Shown here: positions 43,854 to 53,515 of the stretch, piece by piece | Position numbering within the stretch: position 1 is the first letter of the stretch | How the letters are laid out: the number at the start of each line of letters is the position of its first letter | From: a virus | Lineage: Duplodnaviria > Caudoviricetes | Length of the DNA: 64,000 bases | IMG/VR virus record: IMGVR_UViG_3300047160_014550 | Location: 2,765-66,764 of that record | Direction: 5' to 3' (one strand) | Made by a program: the position numbers and the translations under genes | The notes under the pieces: generated by a model | Seen by the model: the letters and a program-made list of their open reading frames with translations, nothing else | Databases searched by the model: none | Told to the model about the DNA's origin: nothing

Positions 43854-45077
43854 TTAGATCCGCGCCTCGATCCGGCGGCGCAAGTCGGCATCGATTCCGC
43901 GCCAGATAAACGCGGACTCGCATTGCTCAAAAGACCAGCCCGCACTGATCATTTTCGCCCCATTGATGCTCGCGCGAGGCGAAACGACAACGCGGGCCTT
44001 TTCGGCGAACACCGCCGCGCGGATTTTCTGGACCCGGTGGACCCATTGATCATTCCCCGCACAACGGAACTCAAGGGTTTCGTCATACGGGAACTCAATC
44101 TGGGCGAAACGGTCGATGGTCGACGCGTCCAACTGGGTCGCGCCGCAAAACATGCGATCCGTTCCCGTTCCCCACGTATTCGCGCAAGCAACGAGGCGGA
44201 AATTGACGTGCCGGCACACTGGCTCGACCCGGTCAGGGTAGGCCATGTGGCCGTTCGCGATGGCAGTATTGAGTCCCTGCTTGATCGCGGCGGCGTCCGA
44301 CGTATCCAATTCGTCCGCGCATAAGAACTTGCCGTGCTCATACGCGTCGCGGGCCGGTGTCGACTTGTAGTCGCCGTGACCGTCGAGGAATCCGACAACG
44401 TCATGCAAGCCGTTCATCGCGGCCTGGAAGCGATATTCAAGGTCCAATGCGCGAGCAATCTGCTCGCACACGGTCGATTTTCCCGATCCCGGCGGACCAA
44501 CGAGGAACACCGGGATATTGTTGGCAACCAGCGCCAGTATCTGCGGAAACAGATAGTGGCGCGGCTCATCACCCAAGTCGCGGGAAACGTCCGCGATCTT
44601 GACAACGAGATGCGACGATGGCCGCTTATCCAATTCCTCGACAACGATGGCGCGAACTTGGTCCGCATTAACGGTCCGACTTGCGACCGTTTCGACAATC
44701 GACGTCACGAGAGTCGTGAACGTCGCGTCTGCGCCGGTCGCGACGGGTTTCGGCGGCGGCGGAGCCGACTCTTGCGAGTCGCCGTCTGATCCGTCCAGTT
44801 CGTCGGATTCGAGCTTGGCAAGCTCATATTCTTGCCTGAGCTTGTCCAACGCCCTGTCGGACGTATCGTTATAAATATCGTCCAACTGACGGATCGTAAC
44901 CTTATTGGTGAATATCGCGGGGAAACCCCGCGCATTCAACCAACGCCGCACGACGGCGCGGACCGCGTTGCGCTCATCAACTGTCGCGCGCGACATGGTA
45001 TTAAGATTGCCGCGCGGACCGATCTTTTCGAGCGCGAAAGCGTCCGCCGCCTCGATTGTCATCGATGTACGTGCCAT
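43854..45077 (-). CDS. MoxR/CobS-like AAA+ ATPase
   Basis: GGGGAG RBS; VFLVGPPGSGKST, ADELD, VACANTWG, LD.STIDRF. Confidence 0.85.
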   Translation of the reverse strand: MARTSMTIEAADAFALEKIGPRGNLNTMSRATVDERNAVRAVVRRWLNARGFPAIFTNKVTIRQLDDIYNDTSDRALDKLRQEYELAKLESDELDGSDGDSQESAPPPPKPVATGADATFTTLVTSIVETVASRTVNADQVRAIVVEELDKRPSSHLVVKIADVSRDLGDEPRHYLFPQILALVANNIPVFLVGPPGSGKSTVCEQIARALDLEYRFQAAMNGLHDVVGFLDGHGDYKSTPARDAYEHGKFLCADELDTSDAAAIKQGLNTAIANGHMAYPDRVEPVCRHVNFRLVACANTWGTGTDRMFCGATQLDASTIDRFAQIEFPYDETLEFRCAGNDQWVHRVQKIRAAVFAEKARVVVSPRASINGAKMISAGWSFEQCESAFIWRGIDADLRRRIEARI

Positions 45078-45794
45078 TTTCGAGTCTCCCCTTGAAGCGA
45101 GATTGCTTCGCGATGCCGCTGATCGAACGCGGCATCGCGAAGCAAACAAGCAACGCCGCGCGATCATGCGACCGCGCGGCGTTGCCGTTTATTCGGGGAG
45201 GGGATTCGAAAATGAAAAACCTTTTCAGCTAACGGCGGGGGCGTTCCGAAAGTATAGTGGCTGCCATTCGCGGCAGGTTACCCTTTCGGCTCGTGAAATC
45301 CCTGGTTTCACCGTCGCGATTGATCATACCTGGACCTACCCTCGCGTTCGCCTCGCGTCTGATGCCTATTGCAACCGGCCACGTTTACCGGAGGCGCGAC
45401 GTACGGTGGTTGCGGGATAAATCCCGGTTCTTAGGACCGACGCGCGTCAGCTTGCCTAGTGCCGCGCGAGAGACAAGCGGCATAAAACGGCCACCCGCTA
45501 CTCTCGGAAGTGCTCTAGATCACTTGCGCACATGTTTCCTGGCGGGTGCCATAGCTGCCCCTATGCGGATGATTTGCGGCATCCTTTCGGATTTGGAACG
45601 GCGCACCCCCATGCTTGGGGCTCCGGCGCGATATTCGGCCTCGCGCGAGGCGGGCGAGCGAATTGCGGCTCGCGGGCGAAAAGGGGCGAGTTCGCCCCCT
45701 CATGAATTCCCAACTCCGTCGTTTCAGTAGCCTCAGAATACAGGAGTCGGGACATATCGCAAGTGTTCATTCGACTGATCAAATGACATTCGTT

Positions 45795-45894
45795 AAAGTT
45801 TAAGCATTTACAAGGGGTTGTGAGAGGGGTCGATCAGCTAAAATTTAGCATTTTCGAAGGGTTGAGCGGATAAAGTTTAGCATTTTCGGGGTTT
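45795..45894. repeat. Three imperfect direct repeats (about 24 bp), iteron-like
   Basis: aaagtttaagcatttacaaggggtt (45795), aaaatttagcattttcgaagggtt (45840), aaagtttagcattttcggggtt (45872). Confidence 0.65.
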
Positions 45895-46005
45895 CTAGCC
45901 AACTAGAAGCGGTTTTCATGTTTTGTTCTTATTTGATAATTTCGCCTGTGTTTTCTAAAGGCTGTAACCGTTGTCGGCGGCTTCCGCCAGTTCAGGGCGC
46001 CTGTA

Positions 46006-46105
46006 CCCCTATAGGGGGAGTAGGGGTGCGCTGGGGGTGCGAGGGGGGCGGCTAGGGTGCTACTGCTACTATATATTTACTATTAAAAATATTTAAAAAT
46101 AATGG
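46006..46105 (+). other. G-run cluster followed by an AT-rich tract (origin candidate)
   Basis: Palindrome cccctatagggg; five G runs 46014-46057; then ctactatatatttactattaaaaatatttaaaaataa. Confidence 0.45.
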
Positions 46106-46217
46106 TTGTATAGGCTAGAGCGGCTTAACCCCGTCGAATCAATGCCTTGCGTTAGCCGGATTCCGCGACCATATTTGCTCGTCGAAATCAATGTGGTTTA
46201 GGTATAAGGATACCGTC

Positions 46218-46517
46218 ATGCTCTATCGGATTCGCCCCACGACTCGCCAACGTCAAGACGCTCGTAAGGCGGCGGCCATTGCGCTCAAAAAGCGCCGCCG
46301 GGATTTTCGCGGACAGGCATTGCATCTCGGATGCAAGCTCTATGGCGAATTGACCAAGCATGAACGCGCCTTCGTTCGCGCAAGGTTCGAGCCGCCCTGG
46401 ACCGGGCGAGTGTGGCTCAATCATCGCGGCGTCGTGATTCGGCTCGATATCGATACAGGGCAATGGGATCGCGGTCACGAGCCGAGAACGCGGGGGCGAT
46501 ACCTTGCGCGGCCCTAG
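46218..46517 (+). CDS. Possible basic hypothetical protein
   Basis: AGGA before ATG; Arg-rich; no recognised motif. Confidence 0.3.
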   Translation: MLYRIRPTTRQRQDARKAAAIALKKRRRDFRGQALHLGCKLYGELTKHERAFVRARFEPPWTGRVWLNHRGVVIRLDIDTGQWDRGHEPRTRGRYLARP

Positions 46518-47467
46518 TGCGGCGTTCTCCGGTACGAGCCGCGAAGCTTTTTTGCCTTGGGTTTTGCGGGGATAGGCTCGAGTCCCTCCCCGGACTCGCT
46601 CAGGACGGCGGCCAGACGTGCGTCAGAGCCTTGCCCATGCGTTTTGCGGCGCGCCCGCGCCTCGCGCCCGGTATGACTCGAAAAACGCGTGGAAACGCCT
46701 TTGTGTGCGATTGGCAGGGAGTCCAGCGCCGCGAGGGTTTCGTCGATTCGGCGGCGTTGCTCGGTCAGGACGGCTCGCAATGCCTCGCGAGCCCACAACG
46801 GCATGAGTCGCGTGCCGCGAGCCCAGTGTGAGCGAAGCATCTTGCCTACCGGGAGCACGGCGGCGGCTCGCGGCGGCGGCTCAAGGCACGGCCGAAAGGG
46901 TACGGGAGGGTAAACCGCCTCAGTGCGGCGCGGCACGCGATAGCGGCCCGGTAACCGTACCGCAGGACGCTTTTGACCGAGATCGGACAGAGAACGGCCA
47001 GAATGTTCCATAATACTGGCGAAACCCGACACTGAGTGTGACCACGTCACACAATACAATCAAAACCGACTCGGCCGCTACGGTACCTCAGAGCGTCGCT
47101 GGTCGCGAGTCGGTCTTTACCCTCCCCGCGATACCCAAAAAAGACCGCGCGTCGACCAGCGACGTTCCTACGCGTTTTTGGGACTGAAACGTGAACGCGA
47201 ATTTGCTAGATAGGCTCACGCTGTGTTCACGGCGATATTCACGCTACGTTCGCGAAAACGAAACGGACGCGTTCAGTTACTACCCGCATTTGTATTTGTG
47301 TAAGACCAAGTCATACAGGTTGCATGAGCGCGATCCCCTGACTTGCTATCAGCGGCTCTAGCACGCTAAACCATTGATTTATAACGCTTTCTCGCCTCGC
47401 CGCGAGGCGCGCGGCTAACACTGGGCTAACGGCAGCGACATTTGTTGGTTATCTAATAAACGCAGCA

Positions 47468-47620
47468 TCTTATAAGAGACTGGTCTTTTATTTATTGTTG
47501 ATCTTCTTATAAGACAATATTTATTGTTGATCATCAACAAATATCTGATCAACAAATATTTGATCTTGTTTGATGAGCAAATATTTGTTGGTCATCAACA
47601 AATATTTGATGAGCAAATAA
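47468..47620. repeat. AT-rich array of palindromes
   Basis: TCTTATAAGA x2 (47468, 47505); CAAATATTTG x3 (47553, 47578, 47599) plus a variant at 47538; TTGTTGA-tca-TCAACAA. Confidence 0.8.
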
Positions 47621-47782
47621 AGACCAAAAAAGACCGCGCGGTCGCCTCGACGCGGGCGCGCCTGCGTCGGCCCGGCCTGGGTGGGAGTCGTGGGCACCCC
47701 AACTCGTGGCCCCCCAGGGGTTTCCCTCACGCTGCAAGCTTGCTTGCTTGCGCCCCATGCCACGCGGCAGTAGAAGCTGCCC

Positions 47783-47989
47783 ATGGCCATGCTCGAACTC
47801 GGCACCCATGTACGCATCCAGGGCCGCCGCATCTCCGCCGACATCGGCGGCGGGATCGAGCCCCCGTGGGCCGGCACGATCACGCACGCCTGGGCCGACC
47901 GCGACGGCGTCGCCTACATGGTCCTGCCGGACAAGGGGGAACTCTCGATCACGGTGCGCGCCGAGCACGTCCGGGTTGACACAAGGTAG
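47783..47989 (+). CDS. Small SH3/KOW-like beta protein
   Basis: LGTHVRI...W.GTI...Y.V.PD...V..EHV pattern. Confidence 0.5.
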   Translation: MAMLELGTHVRIQGRRISADIGGGIEPPWAGTITHAWADRDGVAYMVLPDKGELSITVRAEHVRVDTR

Positions 47990-48012
47990 CGGTAGGTGCT
48001 ACGCAGCAAGAC

Positions 48013-48210
48013 GTGGCACACCGTCGTCCTTCAACCGCGACAGTCCCGATTTCCATCCGCCTGCCGGCCGACCTCCGGGCGGACCTCGAACGTGTCTCCC
48101 GCGAGCGCGACGTGACCGTGTCGTGGATCATCGTCGAGACTCTGCGCCGTTGGCAGTCCCATCAGGGCAGGCGCGTGCGCAAGCCGGTCGTGATCGACGA
48201 GGACGCCTGA
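48013..48210 (+). CDS. Ribbon-helix-helix DNA-binding protein
   Basis: ISIRLPADLRADLERVSRERDVTVSWIIVETL. Confidence 0.8.
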   Translation: MAHRRPSTATVPISIRLPADLRADLERVSRERDVTVSWIIVETLRRWQSHQGRRVRKPVVIDEDA

Positions 48211-49265
48211 TGAAGATCGTCCTGATCACCACGACCGTTCGCGTGCCCAACGTGCTGCGGCTCTACCGCAAGCTGGGACCGGACGTCGATTTTATCGTCG
48301 CGGGCGATCACAAGTCCCCTCACGCGGAGATCGAGGCGCTCGCGGAGGAATTGGGGAAAACCCGCTACCTGCATCCCAGCGCGCAGGCTCCCTGGTACGT
48401 CTCGTCCGCACTGGGCTGGAACACCATCGCGCGGCGCAACATCGCGCTCCTCGAAGCCATGGCCTGGAGCGACACCGACGTCATCGTCACGGTTGACGAC
48501 GACAACATCCCGATGGGGGATTTCTTCGGCGACATCCGCAGGGCGTTCGAGACGCCCCACACCGGCCTGAAGGCTTTTCTCGACCCGAGAGCGCAAGCCT
48601 ATTTCCAGTATGGCGTCTTTGATCCCGGCAGTCTTTTATTGCCGCCGGTCCGTCAGCGGGGCGTGCCTGAAACCGACGTGCACACGGCCTCCTCGCACCA
48701 GTTCACCTATACGGTCGATCAGCCGGTCGGGGTCGTGCAGGGCATGTGCCTGGGCGATCCCGACATTCCCGCCTACCTGCGCTTTGCCTCCCGTCCCGTC
48801 GTACCTGCGGTCGCCGAACCGTTGCAGAACGGCGTCGTCTTCGTGCCTCGGCAAAGCGCCTTCACGATCTTCAATACCCAATCGACGGCGTTCCTGCGCC
48901 GGCTTGCTCCCGCCATGTTCTGCCCGCCCCGCATCGGCCGCTACGACGACATCATCGCCTCGATCGTGACCCAGAAGCTCATGCAGGAGCACGATCTGGC
49001 GGTTCGTTTTGGCAAGCCATTCGTGTGGCAGTATCGCAACACCCAGTCGATTCCCCGCAACATTCAGGACGAATTGTGGGGCTACAAGAATTTCACGGCG
49101 GTCGTGGCCCGCATCAATGAATTCAACCTGCACGGCCTCGACAAGCCCCTGCGCGCCCTGTGGGATTTCATCCACGGCATCAAGGAATTTCCGGGCGACG
49201 CAGCAGCGGCCGCCAAGGCATTTCTCGACGACGTCGATCACATCAGGACGCAGGTTGCCGTATGA
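48210..49265 (+). CDS. GT-A fold protein of STELLO (DUF288) / RGP-like type
   Basis: NTIARRNIA, VTVDDDN, QG.C.GDPD, FNTQST, GRYDDI motifs. Confidence 0.7.
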   Translation: MKIVLITTTVRVPNVLRLYRKLGPDVDFIVAGDHKSPHAEIEALAEELGKTRYLHPSAQAPWYVSSALGWNTIARRNIALLEAMAWSDTDVIVTVDDDNIPMGDFFGDIRRAFETPHTGLKAFLDPRAQAYFQYGVFDPGSLLLPPVRQRGVPETDVHTASSHQFTYTVDQPVGVVQGMCLGDPDIPAYLRFASRPVVPAVAEPLQNGVVFVPRQSAFTIFNTQSTAFLRRLAPAMFCPPRIGRYDDIIASIVTQKLMQEHDLAVRFGKPFVWQYRNTQSIPRNIQDELWGYKNFTAVVARINEFNLHGLDKPLRALWDFIHGIKEFPGDAAAAAKAFLDDVDHIRTQVAV

Positions 49266-50458
49266 CCTCCTCCTCGGTCGCCATCGCCCTGCTGACCAAG
49301 GACCATCCCGAGCTGACGGAGCGGTCGCTCCCGCCTCTCCGTAAGGCTGCCGGCGCCGGCCTGATCGATCTCTTCTGGGTCGACGGCACGTCGAGCAATC
49401 CTTATCGCGTCGAGCCGTCTCCCTGGCATATTTACAACGGGATCACGGGCGGTCCCGACTCGGCGATCGTCTTCGCCCTGTCGGCCATGCTCGCCAACGG
49501 TTCCTACGAGCACGTCGGCATCGTCGAGCAGGACGTCGAACTCCTCGACGGCTGGGAGGAATGCCTCAACCTCTTCTCCCAAGGCGAACGCGACGGCCTC
49601 TCTGCCGGCGCCGTCTCGGCCCGCGCCTACGCCGACCGCGTCCTCACCTGCCGCGACCACTATGCCGTCATGCACAACCTCGGCTCGGGGATGATCGTCC
49701 TCACGCGGGAAGCCGCCGAACTCCTGCTCGCGAATTACCGCACGTCGTTCACCAGCGAGAACCGCCGCGTCTTCGCGGCGCTGACCAACATCGACATCGG
49801 AACCTATTGGGCGTTCGGGGCGAACGACCATCCGATCACGACCGACTGGGGCTTCGACCGCATCCTGGCCGAGAACGGCCTCGCCTCGCTCGCCCTCGTC
49901 CCCAACCGCGTCCGCATGCTCGATCAGGACATCGCCTCGCAGGGGCTGGCCTACGCTCAAGGCTCGACGCCAGTGGCCCTCGTCTTCGAGACCTACGCGG
50001 AACGCCTGCTGGCGATCCGATCCGCCGGCCTCGCCTTCCCGTCCTCGACGGTCTATCACACCCAGACCGGCTCCCATCTCTACTTTCCCCACCAGCTCGC
50101 CCGTCTTCGCGCGGTCTTTAATGGCGACTGGAAATTCAGGTGGACCCAGGGCTTCGGGCCGTTTTCCTACGTCGCCCAGGCCGGCGCGGAGCTGCGGCTG
50201 ACCCTCCAAGGCCCGGCCGGCATCCACACGCACGACAGCCAGTTTGCGATCACCGATTCCCTGTCGGGCTTCACCACTGCCCCCGCAATCGGCCCGGAGC
50301 CGGTGTGCATCACCGTGCCCGGCTCGCTGCCCATGCACGACGTCACCCTTCGCGCTCTCAAGGACAACTCGGTCCTGCTGGCGGTCGAGACCACGCTTCC
50401 CCAATGCGAGACCATCCCGAAGCAGTTCACATGGAACGATCTCCCAAAACCCGTTTAA
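49262..50458 (+). CDS. Glycosyltransferase family 2-like protein
   Basis: VAIALLTKD, FWVDG.S, IVEQDV (DxD-like), DW.FD. Confidence 0.6.
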   Translation: MTSSSVAIALLTKDHPELTERSLPPLRKAAGAGLIDLFWVDGTSSNPYRVEPSPWHIYNGITGGPDSAIVFALSAMLANGSYEHVGIVEQDVELLDGWEECLNLFSQGERDGLSAGAVSARAYADRVLTCRDHYAVMHNLGSGMIVLTREAAELLLANYRTSFTSENRRVFAALTNIDIGTYWAFGANDHPITTDWGFDRILAENGLASLALVPNRVRMLDQDIASQGLAYAQGSTPVALVFETYAERLLAIRSAGLAFPSSTVYHTQTGSHLYFPHQLARLRAVFNGDWKFRWTQGFGPFSYVAQAGAELRLTLQGPAGIHTHDSQFAITDSLSGFTTAPAIGPEPVCITVPGSLPMHDVTLRALKDNSVLLAVETTLPQCETIPKQFTWNDLPKPV

Positions 50459-50631
50459 ACGTCCCGTCGTGGCTGCGCTGGCCGCCCAACTGCTGCGAGA
50501 CCTGCACCGGTCCGTGGTTCCGGCACAGCGAGTGGACGGGGACATGCAACAAGGCGTCGTCGCTCAACTACGGCGACACGACCGACGCCCGGTTCCGCTG
50601 TCAGGATTTCCAGCGGCGGGAGGGCGCATGA
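50431..50631 (+). CDS. Small Cys-rich protein
   Basis: CCETC...GTC...RC..F; stop overlaps next ATG. Confidence 0.45.
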   Translation: MERSPKTRLNVPSWLRWPPNCCETCTGPWFRHSEWTGTCNKASSLNYGDTTDARFRCQDFQRREGA

Positions 50632-51110
50632 ACAACGCTCTGATCCTCGGCGTCTCCTCGTCGCTGGGCCGCGCCCTCGTCCGCCGTCTCCATCAGGACG
50701 GCGTGTGGGTTCGCGGCGCCGACATCCGCTATTCCGGCGAGGGGCCGTTCGAGTGCGACGACTTCTACCGCACCGATCTCCGTAACCCCGAGTCGGCCGG
50801 GCTCGTACTCATGCCGCACCCGATGCACGAGCATTTCGATGCGGTCTTCAACGTGGCGACACCTCCCTTCCTGGGTGACTTGCTGCGAATTGCCTTGAAC
50901 GTCTTCGATGCCGTCGTTCGCCACAAGGAACGTGTGGGCAAGCTTATTCACGCATGCGATCTGCGGGCTTCGACTCTCGTCGAGGCTTTGCGGCTTTCCT
51001 ATTCGGCGGAACACGGCATCGATGCCGACGTCTATCATTGGCCTGTCGGCATCGCTGTCTCCACTACCGACTTCGCTCATGCGCTTATAAAGGCCGCCGT
51101 CGATGGGTGA
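50628..51110 (+). CDS. Short NAD-dependent epimerase-like Rossmann protein
   Basis: ALILGVSSSLGRALVRRL...VRGADI...F...DLR...FDAVFN.A; only about 160 aa. Confidence 0.65.
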   Translation: MNNALILGVSSSLGRALVRRLHQDGVWVRGADIRYSGEGPFECDDFYRTDLRNPESAGLVLMPHPMHEHFDAVFNVATPPFLGDLLRIALNVFDAVVRHKERVGKLIHACDLRASTLVEALRLSYSAEHGIDADVYHWPVGIAVSTTDFAHALIKAAVDG

Positions 51111-52503
51111 CCGCGCTGCCGCCGACAGCCTGATGGACAAGGCCGAGACGGTCATGAAGACCGATCTCTCGCAGGCGACCCACGCCTACCACATGTTCGA
51201 CAACGCCTGCCTGACCGACCCGACCTACTGGCGGTCGTACTACCGGCAGGCCAACAACAACTCCGACCTCAAGAAGGCCCACGCCGCCATCGCCGGTTAC
51301 CGCGTCGCCCTGTCGAACGGCCCGCCCGGCATCGAGCGCGCCAACGTCCTCTCCAACCTGTCCTGGCAGCTCATGCAGGTCGGCCACATTCAAGAGGCGG
51401 TCGACTGCGCCCAGCTCGCGGTCGAAATCAACCCGGAACTCGTTCACGCCTGGATCAACCTTTCCTGCGCCTATGGTATCCTGCGCAAGACCCGCTCGTC
51501 GGTCGCGGCTGCCGAACGCGCCAAGGCCCTCAAGGGCGACGACCCGATCGTGCAGATGGCGGCGACGTTCGCCTATTTCTTCGACCGCCAGTGGAGCAAA
51601 GCCTATGCCGAGTTCGAGTGCCGCTATGCTTATAAGCTGCATCACTTCCTTCACTACCCTTATCCCGCTTGGCGGGGCGAGCCCGACAAATGCCTGCTTC
51701 TCGCGTTCGATCAAGGTCTGGGCGATACAATCAGCTACGCGCGATTTCTGCCCATGGCAGCGGCACGATGCCGTCACGTGTACGTCTGCATACAACCTGA
51801 ACTACAACGATGGTTCACCACGGCTTTTCTACACATACCCAACATCACCATCGTGCCCGGCCCCATTAATTTCCCAGGCGACGCCGAGTACTGGTCGACC
51901 TACATGAGCCTGCCCTACGCCCTGGGGCTCGACAACGACACCATCGAGACGACGCCGCATGTCAAACCTCCGGCTTCGACTGTTCTCTTGGCGGGGGTTC
52001 CCTGGACCAGCGTTGCGTGGAAGGTTCCCGACCGCAAGCTTCATGTGGGCGTGAGCTGGGCCGGCTCGACCGCGAACGAGATCAACCATCATCGTTCGTT
52101 TCCGGTTCAGCATCTGCTCGAACTCTACCGGGTCGAGGGCATCCAGCTTTATTCCTTCCAGGTGGACGAGCGGAAGAACGACCTCTATGAGATCGGCGCC
52201 GCCGCCCTCATAAAAGACATGTCTCCCTACATAAGAGACGTGTCGGACACCCTGGGCCTGCTCAGACATTTCGACCTCGTCATCACCTGCGAGTCTGCGC
52301 TCGGTCACATCGCGGCCTGCGCCGGCATTAAAACTTGGGTTCCCTATTCGTTCTTAGGTCGCGACCATCGGTTGGGCACCGACGGCTCGAACCCGCTCTG
52401 GTACAAGGACACGCATAGAACGTTCAACCAAGGCTCGGATCGCAACTGGGAGCCGGTGTTTGCCGAGATCGCCAAGGCTCTTCGCAAGCGGGTACCAAAA
52501 TAA
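51103..52503 (+). CDS. TPR-repeat plus GT-B (family 9-like) glycosyltransferase
   Basis: TPR-like N-terminus; W.GE...LL...DQGLGDTI.YARF, VGVSWAGS, DLVITCESA.GH.A. Confidence 0.85.
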   Translation: MGDRAAADSLMDKAETVMKTDLSQATHAYHMFDNACLTDPTYWRSYYRQANNNSDLKKAHAAIAGYRVALSNGPPGIERANVLSNLSWQLMQVGHIQEAVDCAQLAVEINPELVHAWINLSCAYGILRKTRSSVAAAERAKALKGDDPIVQMAATFAYFFDRQWSKAYAEFECRYAYKLHHFLHYPYPAWRGEPDKCLLLAFDQGLGDTISYARFLPMAAARCRHVYVCIQPELQRWFTTAFLHIPNITIVPGPINFPGDAEYWSTYMSLPYALGLDNDTIETTPHVKPPASTVLLAGVPWTSVAWKVPDRKLHVGVSWAGSTANEINHHRSFPVQHLLELYRVEGIQLYSFQVDERKNDLYEIGAAALIKDMSPYIRDVSDTLGLLRHFDLVITCESALGHIAACAGIKTWVPYSFLGRDHRLGTDGSNPLWYKDTHRTFNQGSDRNWEPVFAEIAKALRKRVPK

Positions 52504-52754
52504 TGCTGAAGATGTATGCCAGCGGCGTGAAGGACGGCAAGCCGGTAAAGCTTGTCATACTTGGCCTGTCTTTTAAGAACTTGGAAAAACTCAAGGAAGG
52601 ACGTCCCATAAAAATCATGGGCGATACTATAGGTCTCACCAGCGATGTGGAGTTTCTTATTTTCTCTGGCGAGACCGAGCAATCGATGCACAAGGAAATG
52701 CAACAGTTCGTCGGACCGGATACAGAAGTCTATATTGATCCGAGGCTGAAATGA
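52503..52754 (+). CDS. Hypothetical protein
   Basis: LVILGLS..NL.KL..GRPI pattern; coupled start/stop. Confidence 0.6.
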   Translation: MLKMYASGVKDGKPVKLVILGLSFKNLEKLKEGRPIKIMGDTIGLTSDVEFLIFSGETEQSMHKEMQQFVGPDTEVYIDPRLK

Positions 52755-53515
52755 CCATCCACCAGATTGCCGTAGGCGACCTCCCCGGCTTCAAGATGGA
52801 CCTCGACCCGTCGTTCGCCCAGGACCGCACGCTCATCCACATGTTCAAGATGGGCATCCTCCCCGAGCCGGAAGTCATCGGCGCCATGATGCGGATCGTC
52901 CGCGAGAAAGACGTCGTGATCGACGGCGGCGCCTCGAACGGCTTCTTCACTTGTCTCCTGGCGAGTCTCGTCGGCGACGGCGGCAAGGTCATGTCCTACG
53001 AGCCGTCGCGGCAGGCGTTTAAACGTTTAAAAGACAACGTGGAAATAAATAATTTTGAACAGGTATTGCTGTCTCCGCAGATACTGTGGTCGGACGAGAC
53101 AACGGTCGATTTCACGGAGACGCTTGATACGGGACTCAGTCACGTTGCAAACACAGCCGCTGCTCCTTCGACGTATACGGCGAGTGCAACCAAGCTCAAC
53201 CGCCCTGCCCGGCTGATCAAGCTCGACATCGAGGGTTCCGAGTACGAGGCGCTCACCTCGCGCAATTACGACGGCACGCCCTACATCGTCTGCGAATTGA
53301 ACGAGATGGCCCTGCATCGTGCCGGCCGGTCGCAGGACGCGTTGCGGCAGCTCATGCGCGATCGTGGTTACCAGATGTGGCAGCTCTTCCCGGACGGAAC
53401 CCTGCCGCGCCTCGTCCCTTATCCGATCGCGCTGCATCCCAAGGCCATGAACGTCAATGTGCTGTTCGCGGCGATCAACGACATGGCCATGGTCTGGAAG
53501 GACGTCGATGGCTAG
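52751..53515 (+). CDS. FkbM-family methyltransferase
   Basis: VIDGGASNG.FT, V.SYEPS, LIKLDIEGSE. Confidence 0.85.
   Translation: MTIHQIAVGDLPGFKMDLDPSFAQDRTLIHMFKMGILPEPEVIGAMMRIVREKDVVIDGGASNGFFTCLLASLVGDGGKVMSYEPSRQAFKRLKDNVEINNFEQVLLSPQILWSDETTVDFTETLDTGLSHVANTAAAPSTYTASATKLNRPARLIKLDIEGSEYEALTSRNYDGTPYIVCELNEMALHRAGRSQDALRQLMRDRGYQMWQLFPDGTLPRLVPYPIALHPKAMNVNVLFAAINDMAMVWKDVDG

Larger units (their letters stand above)
41389..45145 (-). repeat. Family of about 8 intergenic hairpin cassettes upstream of early genes
   Basis: Units near 41389, 41701, 42068, 42375, 42447, 42780, 43779, 45084; on the minus strand CGC(A/G)AGC-variable stem-loop-TCGNGCG...GGGGAGA RBS; the 45084 unit is divergent and the 42447 unit has no RBS of its own. 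Confidence 0.8.

Noticed and set aside
46514-47059. 181-aa minus-strand ORF in the non-coding gap
   Set aside because: No RBS or recognisable motif and low-complexity Arg/Pro content; cannot be supported, although the central helical part might be real
47468-47620. Possible CRISPR or mini-array
   Set aside because: Units are short palindromes without unique spacers of constant length; the PD-(D/E)XK gene is a typical phage exonuclease, not part of a cas operon
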